Positions 25,745 to 38,240 of a stretch of DNA of 64,000 nucleotides are shown here, one piece after another. The position numbers and the translations under genes are program-made. This DNA is from Heterodontus francisci (taxonomy: Eukaryota). Position 1 is the stretch's first letter. Each line of letters opens with the position of its first letter. Under the pieces are notes generated by a model, which was given only the letters and a program-made list of their open reading frames with translations, made no database searches and had not been told where the DNA came from. Location of the stretch: assembly GCF_036365525.1 (NCBI RefSeq), contig NC_090404.1, positions 6,324,001 to 6,388,000 of the forward strand, read 5' to 3'.

Positions 25745-26049
25745 GTGTCCATTCGGATGTCGTGTTGACTCAGCCAGAGGCAGAGACCGGGAAACCCGGA
25801 GGCTCCCTGAGACTGACCTGTAAAACCAGCGGGTTCGATCTTAGCAGCGCTTACATGCACTGGGTCCGACAGGTTCCCGGGCAGGGGCTGGAGTGGTTGG
25901 TTTACTACTATAGTTCATCCAACAATGCTTACGCCCCAGAGATTAAGGATCGATTTACTGCGTCCAAAGACACTTCAAACAACATCTTCGCTTTGGACAT
26001 GAAAAACCTGAAGACAGAAGACACCGCCATCTATTACTGTGCAAGAGAT
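25745..26049 (+). CDS. IGHV: IgM VH exon, germline and open
   Basis: Acceptor TTTTACAG|; [45 protein letters not shown] with canonical Cys/Trp/Cys. Confidence 0.98.
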
Positions 26050-26088
26050 CACAGTGACAGGAACCAGGGCTGGACCCGTACAATAACA
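26050..26088 (+). other. VH 3' RSS, 23-bp spacer
   Basis: CACAGTG (26050-56), 23 bp, ACAATAACA (26080-88). Confidence 0.96.
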
Positions 26089-26471
26089 GATCATGAGCGA
26101 ATTCGACAAATTCTATTCTAACCTGACGGTCAGTAATTGTATTAAATACAATCTTAACGGCAGCGTTCAGAACCAGACCATATACAGTCTCTTACAGAAC
26201 TAACACAGTGAAAATTCAATGGTGCAAATTTAAGACACTGACCGATGTTCTGATGAGTATCTTTGGCTGTGCTGATTTTTAATGTTAACAGTGTTAGCAG
26301 TTGCAGACCTGGATAAGATGTTAGTTTAATTTAACTGATTCCTAGAGCGAGTTACTTGCAGTCACTTCCTGCTGCATGGTGTAAACGTTTGGATATATTC
26401 TGAACTAGATCAGAAGCGAATTCATATTTGAAGTGAATATTGAGAGGCAGTACTGAACAGAGAGTGAGTGC

Positions 26472-26499
26472 AGTATTTGTGCGGTTTCGTGTCACTGTG
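26472..26499 (-). other. D1 5' RSS, 12-bp spacer
   Basis: AGTATTTGT, 12 bp, CACTGTG. Confidence 0.93.
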
Positions 26500-26514
26500 G
26501 GTACAGCAGTGGGT
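26500..26514 (+). CDS. IGHD: DH1 segment GGTACAGCAGTGGGT
   Basis: 15 nt between two RSSs; open in all three frames (GTAVG / VQQW / YSSG). Confidence 0.93.
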
Positions 26515-26552
26515 CACGGTGCTATACAGATGGAGTTCCTCATACAAAAACC
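26515..26552 (+). other. D1 3' RSS, 22-bp spacer
   Basis: CACGGTG, 22 bp, ACAAAAACC. Confidence 0.93.
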
Positions 26553-26865
26553 CCAGACAGGGAGTTTGCTCAAACTTACGATCACTGCCACGGCAGAATG
26601 GCCGTAAACAATGAGGTTTAAATAAAATGATGGGGAAAACGTAATATAGATTTCTAAAAATGTATAAAAGTCTCCTGCTTTATTAGTGCTGAATGTCACC
26701 TTACATCAGCACAGATGCTTCAGAAATATTCCGATCTCTTTATAAATATAATGACCAGTACGTACTGAATTATCTAATTGATGTACTCTTCTGGTAGTCA
26801 GAATCAGTTTTTTTTGAGAGCACTGTGGAATTTGATCTCTGTATTTTACAATTACAGTCCACCGC

Positions 26866-26893
26866 AGTATTTGACACGGTGTGTCTCACTGTG
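26866..26893 (-). other. D2 5' RSS, 12-bp spacer
   Basis: AGTATTTGA, 12 bp, CACTGTG. Confidence 0.92.
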
Positions 26894-26906
26894 ATATACT
26901 GGGTGG
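26894..26906 (+). CDS. IGHD: DH2 segment ATATACTGGGTGG
   Basis: 13 nt between two 12-RSSs; open in all three frames (IYWV / YTGW / ILG). Confidence 0.92.
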
Positions 26907-26934
26907 CACAGCAGTTACTGTCAATACAAAAACT
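26907..26934 (+). other. D2 3' RSS, 12-bp spacer
   Basis: CACAGCA, 12 bp, ACAAAAACT. Confidence 0.92.
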
Positions 26935-27260
26935 CCCTCAACACTAATTGATGAGTCTGGGTCAGTGCTCGCTTTTACAATCCAACTGCATATACAGTGA
27001 AGTACTATTTGTGTCCAGCACTGTCCTCCTAGCACGGTTTATTATGGATAAACTGATTAATTACTCATTCATCAGTTGGTGATTTCAATAATTGCTGATA
27101 TGTTACTGTGTGAAATATAAATCATCAGGGAAATTAATAAAGAGTGAAAAGAATTATTAACGCAGTTATAATTTTACAAAGAACCCTCAAGAATTTATTT
27201 TGCCTCTGGGGTGTGGATATTTAAAATAATAATGGAATTCTCACTATTCTGTGCAGAGCC

Positions 27261-27299
27261 AGTTATTGTGTGACCCAGCCCAGGGAATGTAACACTGTG
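27261..27299 (-). other. JH 5' RSS, 23-bp spacer
   Basis: AGTTATTGT, 23 bp, CACTGTG. Confidence 0.94.
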
Positions 27300-27347
27300 A
27301 CTATCTTGACTACTGGGGACAAGGGACCATGGTGACGGTGACTGCAG
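27300..27347 (+). CDS. IGHJ: JH segment (YLDYWGQGTMVTVTA)
   Basis: WGxG motif; donor G|GTAAG. Confidence 0.97.
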
Positions 27348-27439
27348 GTAAGAAACATGCATTTATTCAGTAACTGTTTTATTTGTGTTTTTCTTTTATA
27401 TTTCGATTTATTTTAATGATACATTCGTTCACTGAAATG

Positions 27440-28650
27440 TGGGCTCAATGGATTCTATGTTGAGAGTTGTTGCATAGTTTTATGTGATTTTGCTGTAAAG
27501 GGATTATAGAATTTAATGTCTTTTCCACAAACGGTGCTGTTGAGGGATTCAGTTACTGTTTGATGTGATTTGGTGTTTATTTGCTGATGAGATTGTGTGT
27601 TTAGGCTACTTTAAATACCTAATTGTTGTGAAACTGACGTTTCTGTCATGTTTAATCTTGATGACATCTAGTTGCTGCAGGTTTTCTGATCGAACACAAA
27701 CAATACGTGTTTAATTATGTTTGAAAGATTATAGGCAGAAAGCTTCAGCAGTCAAAATAGCCTAACGATATTTCGATCTATTTTTATTTGTGGTAATTAA
27801 ATTGGCATCTATCAATCTACTGCTCACGAACGCTCATATGTAATACAATAAGATTTGATATAATTATGAACTACATAAGTAACAAATTTGCAGATTAAGA
27901 TTAATATAATCTCACTTATTAAAATGTTGTGATATCAGCCAATATCAATGAAATATGCTATAGTATCAACGATAATTTATTAAACAATTTCTGTACTAAC
28001 AATTCTGCTACCATTATGTTATATATCGCGCAACTTCAGTAACTAACTTGTTCCGAGACAGCCGGGCTCGATGGAGTCTGTACTGAGATCTTTTGCAATG
28101 TTTCATTGGATTCTGTTGAAAGTTTTTTGTATAATTAAGCTGCTTCTCCATGAAATGTACTGTGGCAGGATTCAGTCCGTCAGTGATGTGATTTGGTGTT
28201 TATCTGCTGAAGAGAGTGTGTTACTTTAAATAAGTAAAATTTGTGAAACAGTTTGGCATTTCGGCATTGTTTAATCTCGAGCGGCTGCAGGTTTTCCAAT
28301 TGAATGGAAACATTCTATGTGTTTAAAACTGTTTGAAAGCCGATTGTAGCCGGAAAACTGGCAGGTTTCAGAAATGATAAGAAGCATTTTAAGATATTTC
28401 AAGGTTTTTAAAAAAAATTTACGTGCTAATTGCAGATTAAACTATGAAGCTGTGGTTTGCGACGCTCATTCAGTACGTGAAATGTTACTGCAATGACACG
28501 CTGCATAATTAGAAAGTTTACAGATTGAAGAGTAAAGTTAATGTCATTCAAACAATTATAATGTGACAATATCTCCTCATATAAACCAAATATGTTTTAA
28601 TATGAACATCGAATCATTATTCATTAATCACCTGTCACACTTCTGGTGTG
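27440..28650 (+). repeat. Diverged tandem duplication (about 0.6-kb unit) in the JH-C-mu intron
   Basis: GGATTCAGT..GATGTGATTTGGTGTTTAT at 27545 and 28168; CTGCAGGTTTTC and TGTTTGAAAG recur collinearly. Confidence 0.75.
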
Positions 28651-30024
28651 CCATGCGCACAATTATCGTGACCTGAAAAATTTGTGGGCTGGAGACAATT
28701 TTTAATTATGCTTGAAATTATTTCAATAAGAGCGAATTTATTCCAGTGCTGTGTTCAGTTTTATAAATGCTTTTGAATTAATTGTTATACTCCTGATTAA
28801 AACAAGTGAATTACAGCAAGTATTTATTTATAATTATCAATAATTATCACTAATCTAATATTAACATTTTCCTGAGACAGGAAGTTGCTGGCAGTCAAAG
28901 AATTGCAGATATGATTTTATTTAAATTGAAGAAAATTGCAAACTGCGTAAGGCGAGAGCCAAACAAATAACACCTTGAAATTCAAGCAGATTCAATTAAT
29001 TACAAAGGGTTGATATTAGTTTTGTATTCAATAACAGCATCCTGTCACCCATAGCTGTGCTGCACACAGGATAGCATTATAGGCAAAGAACAGATTATAC
29101 CTGAGAGTTATTCTTAATTCTTACTCAATATTAAATTGATCAACAAAATCTCGACCACATTTGTTCATTAAGTTTCAAATGTCGCAGATGGTCTGAAAGA
29201 AGTATTCTCATCCAATTTTACAGTGATCATTTTGGAGCTTCTTTCAATTAAAAAAGGACAATATATTTAGCAATTAATTTACAGGGATTGTGTGCATTAC
29301 GAGAGTAAAATATAAAAACATTGTGTGATTAAATAGTGGCAGCACCGTTACTGATCGCAAACTGCCCGGATGTTTTTGATATTTTTCTTATATGGTTAAG
29401 ATTTATGACAATATTTAAACACCAGAGTCCTGCTTTCACAAACAGGCGATGTTATAGCCCATGAACAGTTAGTGAGATGTGACCCTGGCTAGGCTTGAAA
29501 CTATTTAAAATGTTCCACTCTTAAATTCATCGTGTGAAATACTCGCTGAGAATAGATGGAGTTTATGATATATCAACACATTCAGATACATGCACAGTTT
29601 ACAAATTTGTAGATAGGAAACAAGGTGGGAGTAGAAATTATTGTTCATTTCAAATTATTGAACTGTGATTCGATTTCAGTAAAAGGAATTAATTTGTCTG
29701 AATGTTTTCATCTATTAATATGACGTTTATTATTTAATATTGATTAAGTGTCATAATAATTTAATTAAAACCCCATTATTTCACAAGGTGCCAGGCAGAA
29801 ACTGGTCTTGAATTAATATTAACTAATGTTTAAAAATACTGCATTAAATCAGCTAACATGAATTTTAACTGAGAATATAATAGTGCTAATTCATTAAACA
29901 TAAATGAGCTCCCACAATTCAGTAGTATAATTGCCAGGATTCAAATGAGTGCAAAATCTCAAGGGCCGGGGAGAATTTTGAATTATGCCTAAACATAACT
30001 TAAAGAACAATAGATTTCTTACTC

Positions 30025-30250
30025 AAATAAAAACAAGAAATGCTGGAAATACTCATCAGGTCTTGTAGCATCTGTGCAGAGAGAAGCAGAGTTAACGTTT
30101 CAGGTCAGAGACTGAGTTCTGAAGAAGGGTCTCTGACCTACAACGTTAACTCTGCTTCTCTCTGCACAGATGCTGCCGGACCTGCTGCATATTTCCAGCA
30201 TTTCTTGTTCTTATTTCAGATTTCCAGCATCTGCAGTATTTTGCTTTTAC
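30025..30250. mobile_element. Palindromic short interspersed element (MITE- or Penelope-derived)
   Basis: About 190-bp self-complementary hairpin; a related half copy at 49815-49944 has a 10-bp TSD. Confidence 0.7.
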
Positions 30251-30984
30251 ATTTCTTCCTCAGCTGTTCTCAGCTCGATAAGGTGTCACCGCAGATTTTA
30301 ATGAATTAACTTTGTGTCTTGGTTCATTTTTTTGGCAAAACTGAATTAAGAACTTATATCAAACCAGTGGGTAAATGTCTCCTGATTTTTTAAATTCTTA
30401 CTCTGCCACTGTGTTCCTGTTACAGACATCAAATTTTCCTGAATGTGAATTGTTTTGATGTACTCATTTGAAGGGAGACTATCTCTTACATGTATTTAAG
30501 ATTGCAAACAGAAAGGGAGAAACAGTTGGAGGTCGAAGGGAGTTTTTGAAATGATTATTAGTTTAATTTCAAAGAGCTTACAGACTTAGAGTGATCACAA
30601 TTTGACAATTGAATCAATTGATAAATTAGAATCAAACAGCCTCGTTGAAATTGACAGATTGAACAGATCTATCTGCTAAGAGCCCAAATATTACACCGTT
30701 TGTGTCTGTTCTGTTTCTGTGCACCTGCTCACGGTATCTGGACGAGGATTCCTCCATACAGGTTGTAAACAGTCTGGGTCGTTCTCCTGCAAAGCAAGGA
30801 ATGCAACTTGATCCATTTATTTAAGAAACTTGTACCTGTGAGAAACTTAAAATTTTGACTTTAAGTTTGATGAGGCGCCTCAGCAATGAGATCAGTATCC
30901 CAGTCTGTGACAATCAGAAATAACAGTTCAAAGATACGACAGACAGACTGTAGAAGGAAATTTGGTCAGTTTGTAATCAGTAAT

Positions 30985-31330
30985 GTACCTCCCTTGGGAG
31001 TGTTTGATTCGGCAATGCAGAGGAAACTTTACTGTATATTTAATCCATACTGTAACTGTCCTGGAACCGTTTGCTGAGGACAGTGTAGAGGGAGAAATTA
31101 CACTGTATCTAAAGCGGGTTCAACCTGTCCTGGATGTATTTGATAGCACAGCATAGAGGGAGTTTTATTTTATATTAAACTAGTGCTGTACCTGACCCAG
31201 AGTGACAGTGCCTGTGGCTTTCCACGGAATATAACAATTGCGATGACCTTCAGGTCATGACAGGGCCGTACAAGGGGGTCTTTACTATATAGCTTAACTT
31301 TCCTGTACCTGACCCGAGAGTGATAGCCCC
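30985..31330 (+). repeat. Degenerate ~68-bp minisatellite
   Basis: Unit like GTACCTG(T/C)CCTGGGAGTGTTTGATGGGACAGTGTAGAGGGAGCTTTACTGTATCTAA; inverted copy at 43825-44060. Confidence 0.7.
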
Positions 31331-32029
31331 ACAGTATTCAAGGACCCTTAATCTGCATGTAACTAATAAGTTGTGAGTTGTCGACCCAGGTATATGAAAA
31401 TAAATTATTCAATTGCCCAGATGAAACAACGCAAATTAATTGATGTAAATATACTTTCATGGCCAAATTTTAATGAATTAATAATATCTAAAAATGTTAA
31501 GTATCCGATAATTATTGAATGAGATGGGCCTGATTTTGAGCGCACTTTCAGAACAAAGAGTTTCAGGAAGTGACCGTAACGCTCTGTTCTGATCTGATGG
31601 GAGACTGGAAGTTCTTTCGGCGCTTTAAATTGAGAAAGTCGACACTCCCGCTCCCAATAACCATCATGATCATTTCATGTTTGAAACTATTATTTCGTTC
31701 AAGTATTTTCAAAAGGTAACAGGCAGTGATAAACTCTGGTGAGATGCAGTTATTGGACTGGGTCACAGCTGAAGTTACAAAACCACTGCAGTAAGCTTCT
31801 GTGAAACTTTTGAAGTGATACAGTTAGCCCGCAATCAATGTCAATCACAATAAGCTTGAAGTCACTGACAGTATCTGATTGACTCATTTGTATTAAATCC
31901 TTCAGATCCTCTTATTTTAAAAGTCCTCTTTCGTTATAACAAGCAATAAAAATATATGTCACAGAGTTGTTCAAATTTATGAAGCCTTTCCTCCCATTAA
32001 ATTGGAAAGAGCTAATTCTACTGACTTGA

Positions 32030-33175
32030 GTAGAATCATAGAATCTTCTCGCATGTAATGTGGCCATTCAGCCCGCCATGCCTGTGTTCACTCTCAAAGA
32101 GCTCTCCAATTTAATCCTACAAGCCAGCTTTTTCCTCATAACCATGCAAATTAGTCTCCTTCTAGGACATGTCCTGTTGCCTTGTGCACTCCAGATGCGC
32201 TTACAGAGAGCATGCACAGACAGGACAGGTTGAATCGTCTCCCTTTGTGTTGTAACCGTTCAATGCTTCTATGAAAATCACTCTCTGTCAGTAAAGAGAT
32301 CTCCTTCCGCAGCCACCACCCCGCCCACACTCCATTTTGTTGTCAAATATTTATTTTGCTACTGAATCACTTGCCAGAGGAAACAGTTTCTCCGTATCTG
32401 TTATATCAAACATCCCATAATTTTGAACATACCTATTCGGTAACCGCCGAAGAAGAACAATTCTACTTATATAATCTCTCTACATAACTGAACTCCCTCA
32501 TTCTTGACATCATGCTGGTAAACTCCCTCTGCACTCTCCCCAAAGCCTTGGCATCCTTCTGAAAGTATGTTGGCCAGAATTGTGTGAACATATTTCAGCC
32601 TAATCAGTGATTTGTAAAGCTTTAATATGACTTCCTTGTTTTTTGTATTCAATACTCCATTTTACAAGAGCAAGTATCCCATTTGCTTTTTTAACCACCT
32701 TCAAAACATTGTGAATATACACCTTAGGTCCCTCTACATTTCTACCCTCTTCAAAATAGGACCATTTGGATCACATTAACTTTCTGTGTTATTCCTCAGT
32801 AAGTGCAATACTTCATATTTAACCGCATTAAATTGCATCTGCTATGTCCTTGAACATTTCACCAGTCTGTCTATGTCCTCCTGAACTCTGTTACTATCCA
32901 GATCTCTGCTTGCTTTGTATCATCCTCTAACTTCGAAATTCTACTCCCCATACTCAAGACCACGTCATTATATTGAACAAAAAAACAATGACCCTCCGAC
33001 TGACCAAGGGGGATCACAATGCTTTTTTTTTTCCAATTAGAAAAGCATTGGTTCACCGTCTCTCTCTCTGCTTCCTATACTTGAGCAGGTTACCACCATC
33101 CCTTTAATCCATACACTTCTATTTTCTGAATGTTCTCTTTTGTGGTATATTTTCGAATGCCATTTGAAAGCCCAC
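32030..33175 (-). mobile_element. Degenerate CR1 fragments in the J-C intron
   Basis: KNKEVILKLYKSLIR and ISKLEDDTK remnants; CR1 tail. Confidence 0.7.
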
Positions 33176-33920
33176 ATGTCCTACTTTTGCGCCACCAGCA
33201 TCGACAATCTCTCGGTGAGCCAGCTTTCAATAGCTGACCAATAAGCCTCAAGTGGTTGAATTGTCCACAGAAGTGAGAGTTGACCATGTCAGCAATAACA
33301 CTTCACTAATTTTTGTCCTTCTGATATTCACTCGATGTATAATGTGTAAGTGATGTCAATATCTGATATTTATAGAAGAAACCTGTCCTGATGTTCACAT
33401 TATGGTCGGTGCAAGCAGCAAGAAGAGGTGTCTGTAACGACACAGTCAGCAACACCAGTTATCACTGGTGAGGGGTGGGAAGATACTTTGGAAAACTAAA
33501 AGGACTATTGAAAGAACATCATTCCAGATGTCCGACTTTTAGGAATCGGATTTAATTCGGATTATTAATTTATTTGGAGAGAGAAGCAAACTCCGGAGAG
33601 ATCCATTCAGTAGAATAAGATAGAACACAAATCACAATCCTCAAGCACTGAGAAGGAAAGTGATAGCCTAGAGTCAATGCTGAGTCATATAAAACTTTAA
33701 TTCCAGAAACTAGGTTGTGTAAAATTCCCCTCTAAAATCTGTGTACTATATGATTCAGTCCATATTTTAACGGAAACTTCAATTATTATTCTAAAAATTC
33801 TTTATTGTCAAGGGGATGTAGAAGATTAAGCGAGTTGGGCTGTAGAGGAAGAATGAAGGAAGAGGGTATGAATCTACTTTTCTACAAAGGGGGTTGTTAG
33901 GATCTGGGATGATCTGGGAT

Positions 33921-34255
33921 GGGCGGCACAGTGGCGCAGTGGTTAGCACCGCAGCCTCACAGCTCCAGGGACCTGGGTTCGATTCCAGGTACTGCCTGTG
34001 TGGAGTTTGCAAGTTCTCCCTGTGTCTGCGTGGGGTTTCCTCCCACAAGCCAAAAGACTTGCAGGTTGATAGGTAAATTGGCCATTATAAATTGTCACTA
34101 GTATAGGTAGGTGGTAGGGAAATATAGGGACAGGTGGGGATGTTTGTTGGGAATATGGCATGAGTGTAGGATTAGTATAAAAAATGGGTGGTTGATGTTC
34201 AGCACAGACTCGGTGGGCCGAAGGGCCTGTTTCAGTGCTGTATCTCTAATCTAAT
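33921..34255 (+). mobile_element. HE1-type SINE
   Basis: GGGCGGCACAGTGGCGCAGTGGTTAG (A box), GGTTCGATTCC (B box), CR1-like tail. Confidence 0.88.
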
Positions 34256-34866
34256 TTATCAGAAAGAGGGTTGTAGACAGAATCCAAAATAGCTGGGTAA
34301 AATGGAACTTTTGAAAAGAAGGTCAGTGGGATCTTTCACAGGCCTGATGGACACTACCCAGAACTGCACCTGGGTCGCTGGGTCTCTGAGGCTGCGGTGC
34401 GAACCGCTGCATCACTGTGCCGCCCGAAACGTAGTCGATGGTTTTTAGGCGGCTTGGGGTGGGGGAACGCAGCAGTCTATTTGCAGAGAGCAAATTTCCA
34501 GAACTGCAATTAAAAAGGTCGAGTGTTTTTTTTGACAAAATGCTGCTGGTTAGGAATAAATACTGACCGAAATAACGGGGAAACTCCTCTTCCAGTTTAA
34601 CCCAATGGAAGGTAGTTTATAGAGATGACTTCAAAAGGTTATTACTTTAGTAATGTGACAGGTCCTGAAAGAGAGGTGTTTTCCTGAACAGGGGACCCGA
34701 CAGGTGATGATCACCAAATGATGGAACTGATGAAGCTCAAATGCGGATGAAGGTTTTAACCAGAAAATATTGGAATCAGTTTCTAGCTGGAGTCAAATTC
34801 CGAGTTGTCTGGTTAATAAGCATGAATCACAGAGTCTAACTTGTTCAAAATGTCATTCTTTCCCAG

Positions 34867-35163
34867 CGACACCGTCTCCCCCAACACTTTACGGCCTGTG
34901 CTCCTGTGACCAACCCAACACCGGCGGCTCCGTGGCCTACGGCTGTTTGGCGATGGACTACATCCCCCAAATCACCCGCGTTTCCTGGAAGAAAGATAAA
35001 GAGCCGATCACCACTGGATTGAAGACTTACCCGTCAGTGCTGAACAAGAAGGGAACCTACACCCTGAGCAGCCAGTTAACCATCACCGAGTCAGAGGTGG
35101 GAAGCAGCAAAATCTACTGCGAGGTTCAACGCGGAGAGTCAGTCTGGATCAAAGAAATTCCAG
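34867..35163 (+). CDS. IGHM: C-mu1 exon
   Basis: Acceptor TTCCCAG|; [39 protein letters not shown]; donor G|GTTAG. Confidence 0.96.
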
Positions 35164-35358
35164 GTTAGTGTTGTGGAAACTGTGAAAAACAGAAAAGGTA
35201 TCGTTATCTTGTGTAGAGGTTTGGCTATCGTGCACAGTTCTGATCCCTGGAAACTCCAGTTAGTGTCTGCTTGACAGCAAAAAACCTGTAAAATTATTAG
35301 AACAGTTTGAGTTAGTTATAAACGTCTTCCAGAAATGTCTAACATGTTTTTCTTGAAG

Positions 35359-35676
35359 ATTGTAAAGGTGACATCGTCCATCCAACTGTTATCCTCACCC
35401 AGAGTTCCAGTGAAGAAATCACAAGCAGCAGATTTGCAACTGTCGTGTGTTCAATCATCGATTTCCATCCAGAGTCAATAACCGTGAGTTGGTTGAAGGA
35501 TGGACAACCCATGGATTCGGGTTTCGTCACCTCTCCCGCCTGTGAAGCAAACGGAAACTTCTCGGCGACCAGCCGGCTGACAGTCCCCGCTGGGGAATGG
35601 TTCACCAACACGGTCTATACCTGCCAGGTCTCCCATCAAGAGGTCACCCAAAGCCGAAACATCACCGGATCTCAGG
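35359..35676 (+). CDS. IGHM: C-mu2 exon
   Basis: Acceptor TTGAAG|; [40 protein letters not shown]; donor G|GTAAG. Confidence 0.96.
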
Positions 35677-36009
35677 GTAAGAGACACAAACCGAGGAAGA
35701 TCCAGATCATTTTGTGCTCCGATGATAATCAAATGTAACAATTTATTGGAATTATTACAAAGCACTGAATATTTTTCCAATTCGCCATCGTGCAGTTGTA
35801 TGCCTCAATCCGCTGCGAGTGCTGAATTAGAATTGCTCACAGTTCAACATGTCATCACATCACCAAAGAATGTTTCCTTCTGCTTTGATGGCATACAGTG
35901 AGTGAGGTGGCCTTGATATCAGGTTGATCGTGATTTGGCCGATCATATTCGAAGCGGCAATAGGTGTTTGGAACTCTTTCCTGGTCACAACCTCGGCATC
36001 AAGTGCCAG

Positions 36010-38240
36010 AATGAGCATCTTCCCTATTTAGAAAATTGTGTTCAATTCTGGACTCATGAGCTCAGGAAGAATATATTGGCCTTGGGAGTGATGCAACACA
36101 CATTGAGTAGAATGATAGCGGGGCTGAACTGGTTAAATTAAGAGGACAGAATTCACAGGCAAAACTTTGTGTATAGAAGATGAAAGGGTGATTTGCTTGA
36201 GGTGTTTAAGATGTTTACTGGAATTGATGGAGCCGATGGAAAAAAATATTTCCTCTGGTGGGGACTCCAGAACAAGATGGCATAACTTTCAAATTAGACC
36301 AAGGTCATTCAGGGATGATTATCAGGAAAGCTATTCACACAGTGGGTGGAGGAAATCTGGAATTCTCTCCCTCAACTCGCTCTTGAGGTTTGGAATCAAT
36401 TGAAAATTTTCATTTTGAGATTGATAGTTCGAAGTTTGGCAAAAGTATTAAGGGATACATATGGGCTGGATGGATTGCATCCCAGGTTGTTAAAGGAAAC
36501 CAGGGAGGAAATAACGGATGCGCTGAGGATCATCTTCGGATCCTCACTAGATACAGGAGAGGTACCAGACGACTGGAGGTCTGAGAAAGTTGTACCATTG
36601 TTTTCAAAGGATGCGAGTGATAGGCCAGTCAGTCTGACCTCGGTGGTGGGTAAATTGTTAGAATCTGTTCTGAGGGACAAGATAAACTGCCACTTAGGAA
36701 GGCACGGAGTAATCAGCGATAGTCAGCATGGATGTTTTAAGGGAAGGGTATGTCTTTCTAACTTAATTTAGTTTTTTGAGGAGGTAACAAGAAGGATTGA
36801 TGAGGGTAATGCAGTGGATGAGGTCTACATGGACTTTAGTAAGTCATTTGACAAGGTCCCACAGGGCAGACTGCTCAGTACAATGAAAGCCCATGGGATA
36901 CAGGAGAATGTGGCAGGTTGGATCCAGAATTGGCTCAGGGCCAGGAAACAAAGGGTATTTGTCGACGGATGTTTTTGTGAATGGAAAACTGTTTCCAGTG
37001 GGGTTCCACAAGGTTCAATTTTGTATCCCTTGTTGTTTGTGGTATATATTAACGATTTGGACATAAATGTGAGAGGCATGATTGGGAAATTTGCTGGTGA
37101 CACAAAAATTGGCCGTGTAGTTGATAGTGAAGAGGATAGCCGTAGACTCCAGAAAGATATCAATGGTTTGGTTGAGTGGATGGAAAAGTGGCAAATGGAA
37201 ATCAATCCACAACGGTGTGAGGTACTAGATTTGGGGAGGGCAAATAAAACAGAATGATATTGAGATGGGTGGAAGAAGTGAGAGACCTTGGAGTGCATGT
37301 CCATAGGTCCCAGAAGGTGGTAGGACAGGTGGATAGAGTGGGGGTGAGGGGGGGGGGGGGGTTGTTGGGGGAGGTGAAGAAGGCACATGGAATGCTTTCC
37401 TTTATTGACCAAGGTATAGAATTCAAAAGTAGGGATGTAATGCTGGAACGATATAAAATGCTGGTTAGGCCGCAGTTGGAGTATTGCGTGCAGTTCTGGT
37501 CACCACATGACAGAAAGGGCATGATTGCTCTGGAGCGAGTACAGTGGAGATTTCCAAGAATGTTGCCAGGGCTTGAGAGTTGCAGCTATGAGGAAAGGTT
37601 TGATAGGCTCGGGTTGTTTTCCTTGGAACGGAGGAGGCTGAGGGGTGACTTAATAGTGGAGTCATAGAGTCATAGTGTTATACTGCACAGAAACAATCCG
37701 CTCGGCCCATCATGTCTGTGCTGGCCATCAAGCATCTAACTATTTTAATCCCATTGTTCAGCACTTGGCTCGTAGTCTTGTGCATAATTGTAAGGGTCCG
37801 AGATAGAGTAGACAGGACGGATCTGTTTCCCCAAGTGGAGAGGTCTATTACCAAGGGCACAGATTTAAGGTGATTGGTAGGAGGGTTAGAGGGGACATGA
37901 GGAAAAACTTTGCTACCCAGAGGATGGTGGATGTCTGGATTTCACTGCCAGGAGCGGTGGTGGAGGGAGAAACTCTCAATTCGTTTAAAAGGTACCTGGA
38001 CATACATCTGAAGAGCTGTAACTGGCAAGGCTATGGACCAGGACCTGGAAGGTGGGATTGGATTGGGCGGTTAGTTTTTCTTCCGGCCGGCCCGCCACGA
38101 CGGGCTGAATGACCTCCTTCTGTGCCATAATTTTTCTATGGTTCTATGGTAGCCTGTATTAAGATACAGATCAGCCATTGTCTATTGATTGGCGAAACAG
38201 GCTCGAGGGGCTGAATGGGCAACTCTTTTTTTCTATGTTT
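36010..38240 (+). mobile_element. Composite CR1 fragments in the C-mu2/C-mu3 intron
   Basis: RT motifs YMDFSKSFDKVP, GVPQGS, KFAGDTK, PQLEYCVQFWSP; TTCTATG tails. Confidence 0.88.

Noticed and set aside
26800-26881. Third D segment defined by CACTGTG (26821) and CACGGTG (26875)
   Set aside because: The T-run is only about 3-6 bp from the first heptamer; the second heptamer lies inside the D2 spacer and has no nonamer
28040-28095. Degenerate second JH at the start of the duplicated intron unit
   Set aside because: No WGxG, splice donor or correctly spaced nonamer
32144-32151. Perfect octamer ATGCAAAT in the J-C intron
   Set aside because: Lies inside a CR1 3' remnant and is isolated; probably incidental
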